Shown here piece by piece: positions 49,887-60,124 of a stretch of DNA of 64,000 bases. This stretch comes from an uncultured delta proteobacterium (GTDB lineage: Bacteria > Desulfobacterota > Desulfobaccia > Desulfobaccales > 0-14-0-80-60-11), in NCBI GenBank assembly GCA_963812015.1, contig CAWETI010000002.1, positions 288,001-352,000 on the forward strand, in the 5' to 3' direction. The first letter of the stretch is position 1. Each line of letters starts with the position of its first letter. The notes under the pieces are model-generated. The model was not told the DNA's origin, ran no database searches, and was given only the letters and a program-made list of their open reading frames with translations. The position numbers and the translations under genes were made by a program.

Positions 49887-51545
49887 TCATTTCAGACTCC
49901 TGATGAACTTTTTCCGGCCCCGGCCCCGTCTGCCATAGGCATAGATCAAATGCTGCACCCGGGGCCGCCCATCATCGACATGAAAAGAAAAGGCCAGTTC
50001 TTCAATGGCGCGGTCGGCCACCGTCATCCGTTCGTGTTGCCGCCGGTGCTCCATCCAGGTCTCCACGATAAAGGTTTCCAGGTAGCGGTCCGGGTCGGCG
50101 GTATCCTGGAACAAACCCCAGCGGATGGCGCCGTCGCGTCGCCGGATAACACTTAAGGCCCGCATGGCCTGGGTAAACTTCTCCGACTGCTGGGGGTCGA
50201 TGTGGTACTCCATCGTCACCAAGACCGGCCCCTGCTCCGGCCGGGGCTCGAGGATCAGGTGGGGTTCGGGCCAGTGGAGCGAGGGGGTCAGGTCCGATTC
50301 TTCGTCGATCTTGATGGGATAACGGATGGCGGCCAGGAGCCCCAGGGCCAAACCCCCGGCGGAATAAAGCAGGGCCGCTTTAAGGCCTTGATGAGTGGCG
50401 ACCGCCCCCCAGACGATGCTGCCGCCGCTAAAACCACCGGCAAAAACCAGCATATACACGGCCAGGACCCGGGCCCGGACCCAGGCCGGGACCGCAATCT
50501 GGATGGCCACATTGAAGAGGGAGACCGTCACCAGCCAGGCGGCTCCACTGAGGACCATGGCCGCCACCAGAGCCGGCATTTGGGGCCAGAGGGCCGTTAC
50601 CGCGATCATGGCCACGGCGAGCAGGTTCATGCCGGCCAACAAGGCCTCCACCGGCAGATGGCGTTGCAGGCGCGGCATGAGGGTGGCCCCGGCCACCGCG
50701 CCGGCGCCGAAACACCCCAACAAGATGCCGTAGTCGGTGGAGCTGCCGCCCATTTCGTAGCGGACCACCAGGGGCAGAAGGGCCCAGAGAGAGCTAGTAA
50801 ACAAGATGAAAATACCGGTCCGCCAGAGTACGGCTTGCAACCCCCTGGAATGACGCACATAACGCAGGCCGGTGTGGATGGCGGCGACCATGCGCTCCGC
50901 CGGCAAGGCGGCGTTGGTGGCGGGCCGCGGCCACCGGTACAGGACGATCATCACCCCCAGGAAAGAAACCGCATTCAGGATAAAGGTGGCCCCGGCCCCG
51001 ACCCCGGCCACGATGGCGCCGCCCAGGGCCGGACCCACAGCCCGGGACAGGTTAAACCCGGCGCTGTTCAGGGAAATGGCCCGGGTCAGCTCAGGGCGCG
51101 GCACCAGGTCGGGGATGATGGCCTGCCAGGCGGGAGCGTTCATGGCGGCGCCCAGACCCAGCAAAAAGGTGAAACCCAAGAGCACCCAGGGCGAGGCGAA
51201 TCCCAGCAGGGTCACGGCAGCCAGCATCGCCGCGGCGACCATCATCCAGGCCTGGGTAGCCAGCAACAGCCGGCGGCGGTCGATGATGTCGGCCAGGGCC
51301 CCGGCCGGTAGCGACAAGAGAAACATGGGGAAAATACTGGCAGCCTGCACCAGGGCCACCATCGCCGGGGAGGTGGAGAGCGACGTCATGAGCCAGGCGG
51401 CGCCCACGCTCTGCATAAAGGTGCCGATATTGGAGACCAGGGTAGCCAGCCACAAGGCCCGGAAGACCGGGTAGGTAAAAGGAGTCCAGGGAGCCGTGGC
51501 GGCGGGTGGCGGTTTCATGACAAGGTCGGCGCGGGTTTTATCCAC
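49887..51545 (-). CDS. MFS transporter (MFS_3 type) with a soluble C-terminal domain
   Basis: FRALWLATLVSNIG, GALADIIDRRR and RRRDGAIRWG. Confidence 0.9.
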   Translation of the reverse strand: MDKTRADLVMKPPPAATAPWTPFTYPVFRALWLATLVSNIGTFMQSVGAAWLMTSLSTSPAMVALVQAASIFPMFLLSLPAGALADIIDRRRLLLATQAWMMVAAAMLAAVTLLGFASPWVLLGFTFLLGLGAAMNAPAWQAIIPDLVPRPELTRAISLNSAGFNLSRAVGPALGGAIVAGVGAGATFILNAVSFLGVMIVLYRWPRPATNAALPAERMVAAIHTGLRYVRHSRGLQAVLWRTGIFILFTSSLWALLPLVVRYEMGGSSTDYGILLGCFGAGAVAGATLMPRLQRHLPVEALLAGMNLLAVAMIAVTALWPQMPALVAAMVLSGAAWLVTVSLFNVAIQIAVPAWVRARVLAVYMLVFAGGFSGGSIVWGAVATHQGLKAALLYSAGGLALGLLAAIRYPIKIDEESDLTPSLHWPEPHLILEPRPEQGPVLVTMEYHIDPQQSEKFTQAMRALSVIRRRDGAIRWGLFQDTADPDRYLETFIVETWMEHRRQHERMTVADRAIEELAFSFHVDDGRPRVQHLIYAYGRRGRGRKKFIRSLK

Positions 51546-51834
51546 TTATGAAAAATATGAAAAGACCGGGGTTTCTGGTCAGGGTCAACTGCCGAACGGT
51601 ATTGATTTAAATATAAGCATCGATTGAGGCTTGTCATGCCGGCAAGCTTTTTGGCGGACCCCGGAGGTGAAAAAATCGGAGAACCACCGCCGGCCCGGCC
51701 CCGGCCCGGTCCCACCGTCCCTCACCGGAACAGGGACTCAGGGGTTAGGATCGAAAAGGTGGTTGGAGAAACCGTTGCGGTGGGGCAGGGGGCCCGGAGA
51801 AGAGCAGACCCCCTGCGGTTGGCGTGGTATCTGG

Positions 51835-53463
51835 TTAGCCCAGGATGGCCTGCAGGTCCGCATCAGGGGTGGTGATGGGTTTGATGTCGAAGTTTTTCAC
51901 CAGCACGTCCAGGACGTTGGGGGTGACGAAGGCCGGCAGGCTCGGCCCCAGGCGGATGTTCTTGATGCCCAGATAGAGCAGGCTCAAGAGGATGGCCACG
52001 GCCTTCTGTTCGTACCAGGACAGGACCAGGGACAGGGGCAGGTCGTTGACCCCCACGCCAAAGGCGTTGGCCAAGGCCACGGCGATTTGCACCGCGGAGT
52101 AGGCATCGTTGCACTGGCCCACATCCAGGAGCCGGGGGATGCCGCCGATATCGCCCATTTCCTTGTCAAAGAAGCGGAACTTGCCGCAGGCCAGGGTCAG
52201 GACCACGCAATCCTTGGGGACCTTTTCCACGAACTCGGTGTAGTAGTTGCGGGTGGGTTTGGCCCCGTCGCAGCCGCCCACCAGGAAAAAGTGGCGGATC
52301 TGCTTGTTCTTGACGGCCTCAATGACCGCTCCCGCCACGCCCAGGACGGCGTTCCTGGCAAAACCGACCATGACGGACTTGCCGTTGCTGTCTTCGCTAA
52401 AGCCCGGCATGGCCAGGGCTTTGTCGATCACCGGCTTGAAGTTGAGGTCCGGGATGTGGGTGATGCCCGGCCAGCCCACCAGGCCCCGGGTAAACAGGTT
52501 GGGGGCATAAGATTCCTGGGGCCGCTGGATGCAGTTGGTGGTCATGACGATGGCCCCGGGGAACTGGGCGAACTCCTTGGCCTGGTTCTGCCAGGCGGTG
52601 CCGAAGTGGCCGTAGAAATGGGGATACTTCTTGAGGCCGGGGTAGCCGTGACAGGGGAGCATCTCGCCGTGGGTGTAGACGGAGATGCCTTTGCCTTGGC
52701 TCTGCTTCAGGATTTCTTCCAGGTCAAGGAGATCGTGGCCGGACACCAGGATGGCCTTGCCTTTTTTATGGCCCAGAGGCACCGGGGTGGGAACCGGGTG
52801 GCCGTACCGGCCGGTGTTGGCCGCGTCCAGCAGTTCCATGGCCCTGAGGTTGATCTCGCCGCATTTCAGCACCAGGCCTAAAAGGTCGTTCAAACCCAGG
52901 TCCTGGCTAATGGTAGCAGCCAGGCCCTGGTGGATGAAGGCATAGACCTTGTCGTCTTCCTGCCCCAAAATTCGGGCGTGGTCGGCATAGGCCGCGACCC
53001 CTTTGATGCCGAAGAGCAGGGTGTGCTTGAGGGCCAGGATATCGGCGTCGGCGGCGGGATAGTTCTTGATGGCCGCAGCTTCCGCCTGCTTCAGCAGCCC
53101 CGCCAGGGTGGCTTCGGGCTTGAAAGTGGCCTGGGCGGCGGCGAAATCCACCTTGCCCCCGGCCTTCCGAACCTTCTCCTTGAGTTGCTCCCGGAGTTCG
53201 ACGCTCCGTCGGATCAACTTCACCAGCCGGGCGGGGTCGAAATCCACGTTGGTCAAGGTGGAAAAAGTCGCTTCACAGGTAAAGACGTTAACGTCCCGGT
53301 CGCTGACTCCGACTTTACGGCCTTCTATGGCCACCAGGGACAGGCCCTGGAGACTGTAGATCAACAAATCCTGGAGGGCCGCCACCTCGGCATTCTTGCC
53401 GCACACCCCGAGAACCGTGCACCCTTCACCTTTGGCCGCCTGTTCGCACTGATAACAAAACAT
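51835..53463 (-). CDS. hcp: Hybrid cluster protein (hydroxylamine/NO reductase)
   Basis: MFCYQCEQ..GC..GVCGK, THGEMLPCH, GCDG, GQCND and SWYEQKA. Confidence 0.97.
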   Translation of the reverse strand: MFCYQCEQAAKGEGCTVLGVCGKNAEVAALQDLLIYSLQGLSLVAIEGRKVGVSDRDVNVFTCEATFSTLTNVDFDPARLVKLIRRSVELREQLKEKVRKAGGKVDFAAAQATFKPEATLAGLLKQAEAAAIKNYPAADADILALKHTLLFGIKGVAAYADHARILGQEDDKVYAFIHQGLAATISQDLGLNDLLGLVLKCGEINLRAMELLDAANTGRYGHPVPTPVPLGHKKGKAILVSGHDLLDLEEILKQSQGKGISVYTHGEMLPCHGYPGLKKYPHFYGHFGTAWQNQAKEFAQFPGAIVMTTNCIQRPQESYAPNLFTRGLVGWPGITHIPDLNFKPVIDKALAMPGFSEDSNGKSVMVGFARNAVLGVAGAVIEAVKNKQIRHFFLVGGCDGAKPTRNYYTEFVEKVPKDCVVLTLACGKFRFFDKEMGDIGGIPRLLDVGQCNDAYSAVQIAVALANAFGVGVNDLPLSLVLSWYEQKAVAILLSLLYLGIKNIRLGPSLPAFVTPNVLDVLVKNFDIKPITTPDADLQAILG

Positions 53464-53560
53464 ATCCAACCTCCTGAATTTTGAGTTTCTCAAATTCTGT
53501 AGTATCGTTGGCTGTCAACCATTGTTGCCCTCAATCTAATCCCCGCTTCGCCCCGACGCC

Positions 53561-53574
53561 TTGACTTAAGGCAA
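53561..53574. promoter_or_regulatory. FNR/HcpR-like box upstream of hcp
   Basis: TTGAC-TTAA-GGCAA about 100 bp upstream of the start codon. Confidence 0.6.
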
Positions 53575-53619
53575 AGAAAGGGAAAATATTCTCTCAGCCA
53601 GGTCAAAACCGGCTTTTTT

Positions 53620-53690
53620 TGTCATCTTGAGCGTAACGAAGGATCTCATCTACCTGAAAACACGAGCTTCTTCGCTCAGCTCAGAATGAC
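53620..53690. repeat. REP-like inverted repeat
   Basis: GTCATCTTGAGC..GAAG / CTTC..GCTCAGAATGAC. Confidence 0.55.
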
Positions 53691-53845
53691 CATGCTCTAT
53701 CAATCCAGGTTTTGATATCGCTTGTAGGTCGGCCCCTACAAAAAATGGGAAATCCCCGTTGGCAAGCACCCGCATAGGGGGTCAGGGTTTGCGGGTTTCG
53801 GGGCAGATGGGGGCCGCACTCCAGGGCGGGTGCAGCCTGGCAACG

Positions 53846-54208
53846 TTACTCCAGGAACTCTTTCAGGGCCAGGAGTTCGTCCCGGATGGTCTTAAGCAGG
53901 GTCAATACCCGGTTTTCCAGGGGGGCGGGGGGCAGGGGCCGGGGCGGCAAACGATGGTGCTCGGGCTTATGGTGCATCTGGCGGCGCATGGCCGTCAAGC
54001 TCAGATTTTCTTCTTCCCGCAGGCGCTTGATTTCAAAGATGAGCTGAATATCGGCAGGGCGGTAGAGGCGGTGCCGGGAGCGGCGGCGGCTGGGCTTCAA
54101 CAGTTTGCCCTGGGTCTCCCAGTACCGCAGCACGTGGGCTTTCACCCCGGTGATGCGGGATGCTTCACCGATGGTATAAAAGGCTTTGCGGGGGAATTCC
54201 TCTTCCAC
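53846..54208 (-). CDS. MerR-family HTH regulator
   Basis: YTIGEASRITGVKAHVLRYWE; usual position downstream of pheT. Confidence 0.88.
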   Translation of the reverse strand: MEEEFPRKAFYTIGEASRITGVKAHVLRYWETQGKLLKPSRRRSRHRLYRPADIQLIFEIKRLREEENLSLTAMRRQMHHKPEHHRLPPRPLPPAPLENRVLTLLKTIRDELLALKEFLE

Positions 54209-54215
54209 GCTCTCC

Positions 54216-56606
54216 TTAACGCAGTTCCGCCCCCAGATCCTTCTCCAGGGCCGTAACCAGGGCCTGATGATGGGAATTCACCAGATCATCCGTCAGGGTC
54301 CGCTCCGGGTCGCGATACGACAGGCGGAAGGCCAGGCTCCGCTTGCCGGCCGGCACCGGGTCGCCGGTGTAGACGTCAAACAGGCGGGCTTCCACCAGCC
54401 AGGGCCGGCCCTGGGAGTACAGGGCCTCGGCCACCCGGGCGGCGGGCACACTTTCCGGCAATACCAGGGCGATGTCCCGGTAGACCGCCGGATAACGGGG
54501 TAAGGGCGTGAACCGGGGGGGCACCGCGGCCTGGCACAGGGCGGCGAAATTGAGGTTGAAGGCAAAGATTTCGCCTTCCAGATCCAGCCGCTCGCCGATA
54601 TCCGGCTGGAGTTCGCCCAGGACGCCCAACTCCCGGTCACCCGACATCACCCGGGCCCCATAGCGTAGGTATCCGGGCAGGTTTTCCGGGGAAAAGGTCA
54701 CCTCGGGGATCAGGAGGCCGTCCAACAGGGTCTCCACCGCGCCTTTGAGATCGAAGAAATCAACTTTCTCCTGGGCGTTATTCCAGGCCATGCCCTCCCG
54801 GGCGCCGTACATCAGCCCGGTGAGCCAGTGCTCCTCGTGAGGCAGGTCCTCCCCGGCCCGGGGCTCAAAGACCTTGGAAATCTCGAACAGGCGCACATCC
54901 AGACTCTGCTGCAAGGTATTGCGGCGCAGGGTTTCCAGCAGACCGGGCAAGAGCGAGGTCCGCATCATAGCCTGCTCTTCGCTCAAGGGGTTGGCCAGGC
55001 GCAGCGGCGGGGTCGCCGCATCGTCTCCCGCCACCAGGCTCCCCAGGCGGTCCGGCTGGAAGGCATAGGTAATCACCTCAAAGAACCCCAGACCCAGGAG
55101 CACATCCTTGGCCGCCGCCTTCAGGCGGACCTCGGGGCCGGGCCGGCGGGTGGCCACCTCCCCGTGGGCCAGGGTCACCGGGATGGCGTCATAGCCGGCC
55201 AGGCGGGCGATCTCCTCGATGAGGTCCACCTCCCGTTCCAGGTCGCCCCGGAAGGGGGGCACCTGGAGCACCAGGTTCTCGGCATCCACCGCCAGGGCCG
55301 GAAGATGGAGACGCCGGAGCAGGTGCAGCATCTGCTCCCCGGAAAAATCGGTGCCCAACACCTGGTTGGTTCGGGAAACCCTGAGGTTCAGCCGGGGGTG
55401 TTGGATGGGCGCGGGATACTCATCCAACCGCTCAGCCGCCACCGCGCCGCCGCCCACCTCGCACATGAGCTGGGTGGCCCGCTCCAGGGCGTGAATCACC
55501 CCGTCCGGGTCCACGCCCCGTTCGAACCGGTAGGACGCCTCGGTGCTGAGCCCCAGGCGTTTGGAGGTCCGGCGGATGGTGCGGGGATTGAAATAGGCGC
55601 TCTCGATCAGCACCCGGGTGGTGGCCCCGGTGACCTCGGAATCCAGGCCGCCCATAACCCCGGCCAGGGCTACGGGCCCCTGGCCGTCGCAAATGAGCAG
55701 GGTCTCGGGATCAAGCTCCCGTTCGGCCCCGTCCAGGGTGGTGAAACGGCCCTCGCCGCTCTTGGGCAGGCGCACCACGATTTCGCCGCCCCGGAGGCGC
55801 TCAAAATCGAAGGCGTGTAAGGGCTGGCCGAACTCCAGCAACACGTAATTGGTGACGTCCACCAAATTATTGATGGCCCTGAGGCCCGCCAACTGAAGGC
55901 GGCGGCGCAGCCAGAAGGGCGACGGTTTCACGCTTAGGCCGGTGAGGAGGCGAGCGGCATAGCGGGGGCAATGCACCGGGTCCAGAATGGTCACCCGGGC
56001 CTGAAGCCCCGACTCAGCCGCGGGGGTCACCGTGACCTCCGGATGGCGCAGGGGCTGGTCCAAAAGGGCCGCCACTTCCCGGGCCAGTCCCAAGACGCTG
56101 AGACAGTCGGAGCGGTTGGCGGTGATGGCGACTTCCAGGACCACGTCCGCCAGACCCAGGGCCGCGGCCAGGTCCTGCCCTAACGGCAGGGTCTGGGGAA
56201 TCTCCATCAGGCCCACATGATCCGGGGACAGGCCCAGCTCATCTTCCGCCAGGAGCATGCCTTCGGAGGGGATGCCCCGGAGCTTGGCGGCCTTGATTTT
56301 GTGGCCGCCCGCCAAGATGGCCCCGGGAGGCGCAAACGGATAGATACATCCCGCCTGCACGTTGGGGGCGCCGCACACTACCTGGTAGGTTTGACTGCCG
56401 GTGGTGACCTCCGCCACCTGCAATCGGTCCGCCTGGGGATGGCGGTCCACGCTCAAGACCTTGCCCACGACCACCCCGGAGAAATCCGGGGCCACGGTTT
56501 CCAGACCCTCGACTTCCAGGCCGGCCATGGTCAGCCGATCTGCCAGGGCCTGAGCCTCCAGGGTGAGGTCCACAAAATCAGCCAGCCAGTTAAGACTTAA
56601 TCGCAT
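54216..56606 (-). CDS. pheT: Phenylalanyl-tRNA synthetase beta subunit
   Basis: RLTMAGLEV, VCGAPN, NRSDCLS, GQPLHAFD, RFERG and the FDX-ACB tail. Confidence 0.98.
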   Translation of the reverse strand: MRLSLNWLADFVDLTLEAQALADRLTMAGLEVEGLETVAPDFSGVVVGKVLSVDRHPQADRLQVAEVTTGSQTYQVVCGAPNVQAGCIYPFAPPGAILAGGHKIKAAKLRGIPSEGMLLAEDELGLSPDHVGLMEIPQTLPLGQDLAAALGLADVVLEVAITANRSDCLSVLGLAREVAALLDQPLRHPEVTVTPAAESGLQARVTILDPVHCPRYAARLLTGLSVKPSPFWLRRRLQLAGLRAINNLVDVTNYVLLEFGQPLHAFDFERLRGGEIVVRLPKSGEGRFTTLDGAERELDPETLLICDGQGPVALAGVMGGLDSEVTGATTRVLIESAYFNPRTIRRTSKRLGLSTEASYRFERGVDPDGVIHALERATQLMCEVGGGAVAAERLDEYPAPIQHPRLNLRVSRTNQVLGTDFSGEQMLHLLRRLHLPALAVDAENLVLQVPPFRGDLEREVDLIEEIARLAGYDAIPVTLAHGEVATRRPGPEVRLKAAAKDVLLGLGFFEVITYAFQPDRLGSLVAGDDAATPPLRLANPLSEEQAMMRTSLLPGLLETLRRNTLQQSLDVRLFEISKVFEPRAGEDLPHEEHWLTGLMYGAREGMAWNNAQEKVDFFDLKGAVETLLDGLLIPEVTFSPENLPGYLRYGARVMSGDRELGVLGELQPDIGERLDLEGEIFAFNLNFAALCQAAVPPRFTPLPRYPAVYRDIALVLPESVPAARVAEALYSQGRPWLVEARLFDVYTGDPVPAGKRSLAFRLSYRDPERTLTDDLVNSHHQALVTALEKDLGAELR

Positions 56607-56806
56607 AATAGATTAATTTAACCCCCCGGGCCGCAAAACTCAAGAACCTTGATTCCTCAAAAACTGGGGGCTTAAGGGAGGAAGCTCCTAAGGATGGAGG
56701 ATATTTCGCGGGGGAGGGGGTCACAGAGCGAGCTTCTTTTAATAAATTCAATTTCACCATGCAGGGGCCGACTTGCGTGTCGGCCCTCCATGAGGACGTG
56801 GACAAC

Positions 56807-57526
56807 TCAAGATTTAGTTCCCTCGGCCATCTTCTGTAAAGCGACGGGATCCATGATGGTTATTTTTCCCTTATCAACTTCTATGAGACCCAAACCTTTA
56901 AATCGCGATAAAGTCCGGGATAATGTTTCGCTGATGGTACCCAAATAAGCGGCCAACTGCGTTTTGGTGGTGGGTAATTCACACTGCAATCCCGTGGCGA
57001 TCTCGCCATGCGTAGCCTGACATCTTTCCAAGATATATCGGGCCAGGCGATTTGATACTTCTTTCAGGGAGAGATCCTCCAGTTGCTTGGTCAGGTGGAA
57101 CATCAAGCGACTCAAGGTGGCCAGCATGTTGCGGGCCAGGGCCGGCGACGCGGCCAGATGGTGCAGAAACGGCCCTTTGGGGAAGAAGAGGGTTTGGCAC
57201 TCCTCTAAAGCGATGGCCGTAGCCGGGTAGGGAATTTCCCCGAAAACCGCCGCCTCGGCAAAGGTCTCGCCGGGCCCCACCAGGCGGAGGATGTACTCCT
57301 TGCCATCCAAAGAGGTCTTTACCAGTTTGACCTGGCCGGTAACGAGAATGGTTAACCCCTGGGCCTCTTTCCCTTCCGCAAAGATGGTGGCATGCCGGGG
57401 GAAGGTCTTCCTCACCGACATGCGGGCCAGGGTCTCCAGGTCCGCCTCGGCAATCCCGGAGAACAAGTAAATACGCCGTAAAATTTGCTGCTTGACCCCG
57501 GTGTCTTCCCTGGCGGTGCGATCCAT
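56807..57526 (-). CDS. Crp/Fnr-family regulator (HcpR-like)
   Basis: cNMP-type domain (GETFAEAAVF..YPA) and LGTISETLSR HTH; near hcp. Confidence 0.88.
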   Translation of the reverse strand: MDRTAREDTGVKQQILRRIYLFSGIAEADLETLARMSVRKTFPRHATIFAEGKEAQGLTILVTGQVKLVKTSLDGKEYILRLVGPGETFAEAAVFGEIPYPATAIALEECQTLFFPKGPFLHHLAASPALARNMLATLSRLMFHLTKQLEDLSLKEVSNRLARYILERCQATHGEIATGLQCELPTTKTQLAAYLGTISETLSRTLSRFKGLGLIEVDKGKITIMDPVALQKMAEGTKS

Positions 57527-57812
57527 TCCGGCCCCCCATTCAGGCGGTAGTGATGATCCTTGAGGGAGGGCGGTGCGGGCCGCAGCCCCCCTCTTAAAAA
57601 AATAAAAAAATTTCTTAACTGCGCCATTTTAGGCCGAAACCGACTTTCTGACAACGAGATTCCGCACCTTGGGGGAGGCCGCCGGGGTCTTGAGCCCCGG
57701 CCCCGGTTCTTTGCGGTTGACGGAACGAGGCTGCCTTTGGTAGATTGCTAACCGACCATCACCCAGGGAAACCTGCCCAACCTGGCCTCATGTCATCCGG
57801 GAGGAGCGACCC

Positions 57813-58958
57813 ATGATCCAACCTAAATGGACCGGCGCGATCTTGTTGATGTGCTTCAGCCTCATCTGGGGCTGCGGCTCCCAGGAGTCCAAAGACATTC
57901 GCGTCGGCGTCAACGCCGAACTGACCGGCAGCAAACCCACGGTGGGGGATTCGTGTCGAAAGGCCGCGGAACTCCTGGCGCTCCAGGTGAATCTGGCCGG
58001 CGGCCTCAAGGTGGGCGATAAACAGTTCCCCATCACGCTGTTCATCGAGGATAACGAAGACAAGGCTGAATCCGCGGCCGCCGCGGCTCAGAAACTTATC
58101 AGTCAGAACAACGTCCTGGCCATCCTCGGCCCCAACGCCTCGGGCAATGCCATCCCCGCCGCCCGGATCTGCGAAGATGCCAAAGTGATCATGATCAGCC
58201 CCTGGTCCACCAATCCCAAGACCACGGAAGGCAAGAAATATATCTTTCGGGCCTGCTTCATCGACGATTTCCAGGGCCAGGTGATGGCCAAGTTCGCCCG
58301 GGAAAACCTGAAGGCCCAGACCGCGGCGGTGCTCTATGACGTGGCCTCGGAGTATAATAAAGGCATAGCCGAGTTTTTCAAGAAATTCTTCGAAGCCGCC
58401 GGCGGCAAGGTGGTGGCCTTCGAATCCTATACCAAGGACGACAAGGATTTCTCCTCCCAGCTCACCACCATCAAGGCGGCCAATCCCGGGGTGCTCTTTC
58501 TCCCCAATTATTACAACGAAGTCCCCCTCCAGGTGCAGCAGGCCCGGCGGCTGGGGATAACCTGTCCCATTATCGGCTCCGACTCCTGGGGCAGCGCCGA
58601 GATCCTGCGCCTGGGCGGGGCCGACCTGGAGGGCTGTTATTTCAGCACCCATTACGCCCCCGACATCGCCACTCCCACCGCCCAGAAATTCATCAAGGAC
58701 TATGAAGCCAAATACGGTAAAAAGCCTGATGACGTCGCCGCCCTCACCTATGACGCCGGGAGCCTCTTGTGCGCCGCCATTACCCAGGCCGGCTCCCTGG
58801 ACCGGCAAAAAGTCCGGGACTCCCTGGCCAAGATTCAAGAATTTCGAGGCGTGACCGGCCAGATGAAGTTCCAGGGGAGCGGTGACCCCGTCAAAAGCGC
58901 GGTCATCATCCAGATTAAGGATGGCAAATTTAATTACTTTGCCGCGGTGCAGCCTTAG
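57813..58958 (+). CDS. Branched-chain amino acid ABC substrate-binding lipoprotein (LivK-like)
   Basis: Lipobox-like WGC, STNPKTT, FRACFIDDFQG and AALTYDA. Confidence 0.92.
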   Translation: MIQPKWTGAILLMCFSLIWGCGSQESKDIRVGVNAELTGSKPTVGDSCRKAAELLALQVNLAGGLKVGDKQFPITLFIEDNEDKAESAAAAAQKLISQNNVLAILGPNASGNAIPAARICEDAKVIMISPWSTNPKTTEGKKYIFRACFIDDFQGQVMAKFARENLKAQTAAVLYDVASEYNKGIAEFFKKFFEAAGGKVVAFESYTKDDKDFSSQLTTIKAANPGVLFLPNYYNEVPLQVQQARRLGITCPIIGSDSWGSAEILRLGGADLEGCYFSTHYAPDIATPTAQKFIKDYEAKYGKKPDDVAALTYDAGSLLCAAITQAGSLDRQKVRDSLAKIQEFRGVTGQMKFQGSGDPVKSAVIIQIKDGKFNYFAAVQP

Positions 58959-59048
58959 AAGCGGGGCGGCCAGAGACGGCCGCCCCCCCAACTGATTTTA
59001 TCGGTGGGGCGGGCCTCCGTGCCCGCCATCCACCTTTGGTGCAAAATC

Positions 59049-59960
59049 ATGTTTCAGCTCCTGGCCCAAAACGCCCTGAACGCCCTGCAATTGGGGAGCG
59101 TCTACGCCCTCATCGCCCTGGGCTACACCATGGTGTACGGCATCCTCAGCATGATCAATTTCGCCCATGGGGACATCTTTATGGTGGGGACCTACCTTAG
59201 CCTGGCCGGGGCCATGCTCCTCTTGGGCCTGCCCTTCCACCTGCCCCTGGTGCTGGTCTTCCTGGGGGCCCTGACCTTCAGCATGGTCCTGACGGCGCTT
59301 TTGGGGGTGACCATCGAACGCCTGGCCTACCGCCCACTGCGCCAGGCCCCCCGGGTCTCCGCGGTTATCACCGCCCTGGGGGTGGGGCTCTTCCTGGAAA
59401 ACTTTACCCTGGGCATCCTGGGGCCGGAGCCCCTTCACTTCCCGACCCTCATCACCTTGAGGTCCTGGGAGGTGGCGGGCCTCACCATTTCCCCCCTTCA
59501 AGTGCTCATTATTGTGATGGCCGCGGTGCTCATGGTCCTCTTGGACCTGCTGGTGCGGCGGACGCTTTTGGGCATGGCCATGCGGGCCATTTCCTATAAT
59601 CGCCCCATCGTCCCCCTCATGGGGGTGCCGGTGGACCGGGTCATCTCCCTGACCTTTGCCATCGGCTCCGCCATCGCCGCCGCCGGGGGCCTCCTCTACG
59701 GCCTGGCCTATCCGGTGCTGGACCCCCTGATGGGGGTGCGCATCGGCTGGTGGGCCTTCATCGCCGCGGTGGTGGGGGGCATCGGCAATATCCGGGGGGC
59801 CATGCTGGGCGGCTTTATCCTGGGCGCGGTGGAGATCTTCACCCCGGTGCTGCTGCCTTCCTCCACCTACCGGGACTTCGTGGCCTTCTCCCTGCTCCTG
59901 GTGCTGCTGATCTTTAAACCCACCGGCATCCTGGGCCGGCCGGTATTCGAGCGGGTGTGA
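59049..59960 (+). CDS. livH: Branched-chain amino acid ABC permease
   Basis: YALIALGYTMVYG..INFAHG and AAVVGGIG. Confidence 0.92.
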   Translation: MFQLLAQNALNALQLGSVYALIALGYTMVYGILSMINFAHGDIFMVGTYLSLAGAMLLLGLPFHLPLVLVFLGALTFSMVLTALLGVTIERLAYRPLRQAPRVSAVITALGVGLFLENFTLGILGPEPLHFPTLITLRSWEVAGLTISPLQVLIIVMAAVLMVLLDLLVRRTLLGMAMRAISYNRPIVPLMGVPVDRVISLTFAIGSAIAAAGGLLYGLAYPVLDPLMGVRIGWWAFIAAVVGGIGNIRGAMLGGFILGAVEIFTPVLLPSSTYRDFVAFSLLLVLLIFKPTGILGRPVFERV

Positions 59961-60124
59961 GATTTTTTGGGAGAGGGGGCCAGGGACAAAAGCCCCTGCC
60001 CCCTCTTCCAAACCCTCTCCCCCAACCCCATATATGTTTTTTACATAAGCATTAGGAGTAATGTAGGGCGGGCATTGCCCGCCATTATCCTGCTGCTGAC
60101 TGCTCACTATTAAAACAGGTAGAC

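Noticed and set aside
51631..52881. 416-aa + strand ORF, and similar long ORFs at 4584, 19362, 33633, 50202, 54828, 57759, 58998 and 60170
   Set aside because: Antisense shadows of well-supported genes, expected from high-GC codon bias.
59965..60030. G/C-rich inverted repeats (also ~21030, ~57565, ~62680)
   Set aside because: Look like ordinary intergenic REP or terminator hairpins.
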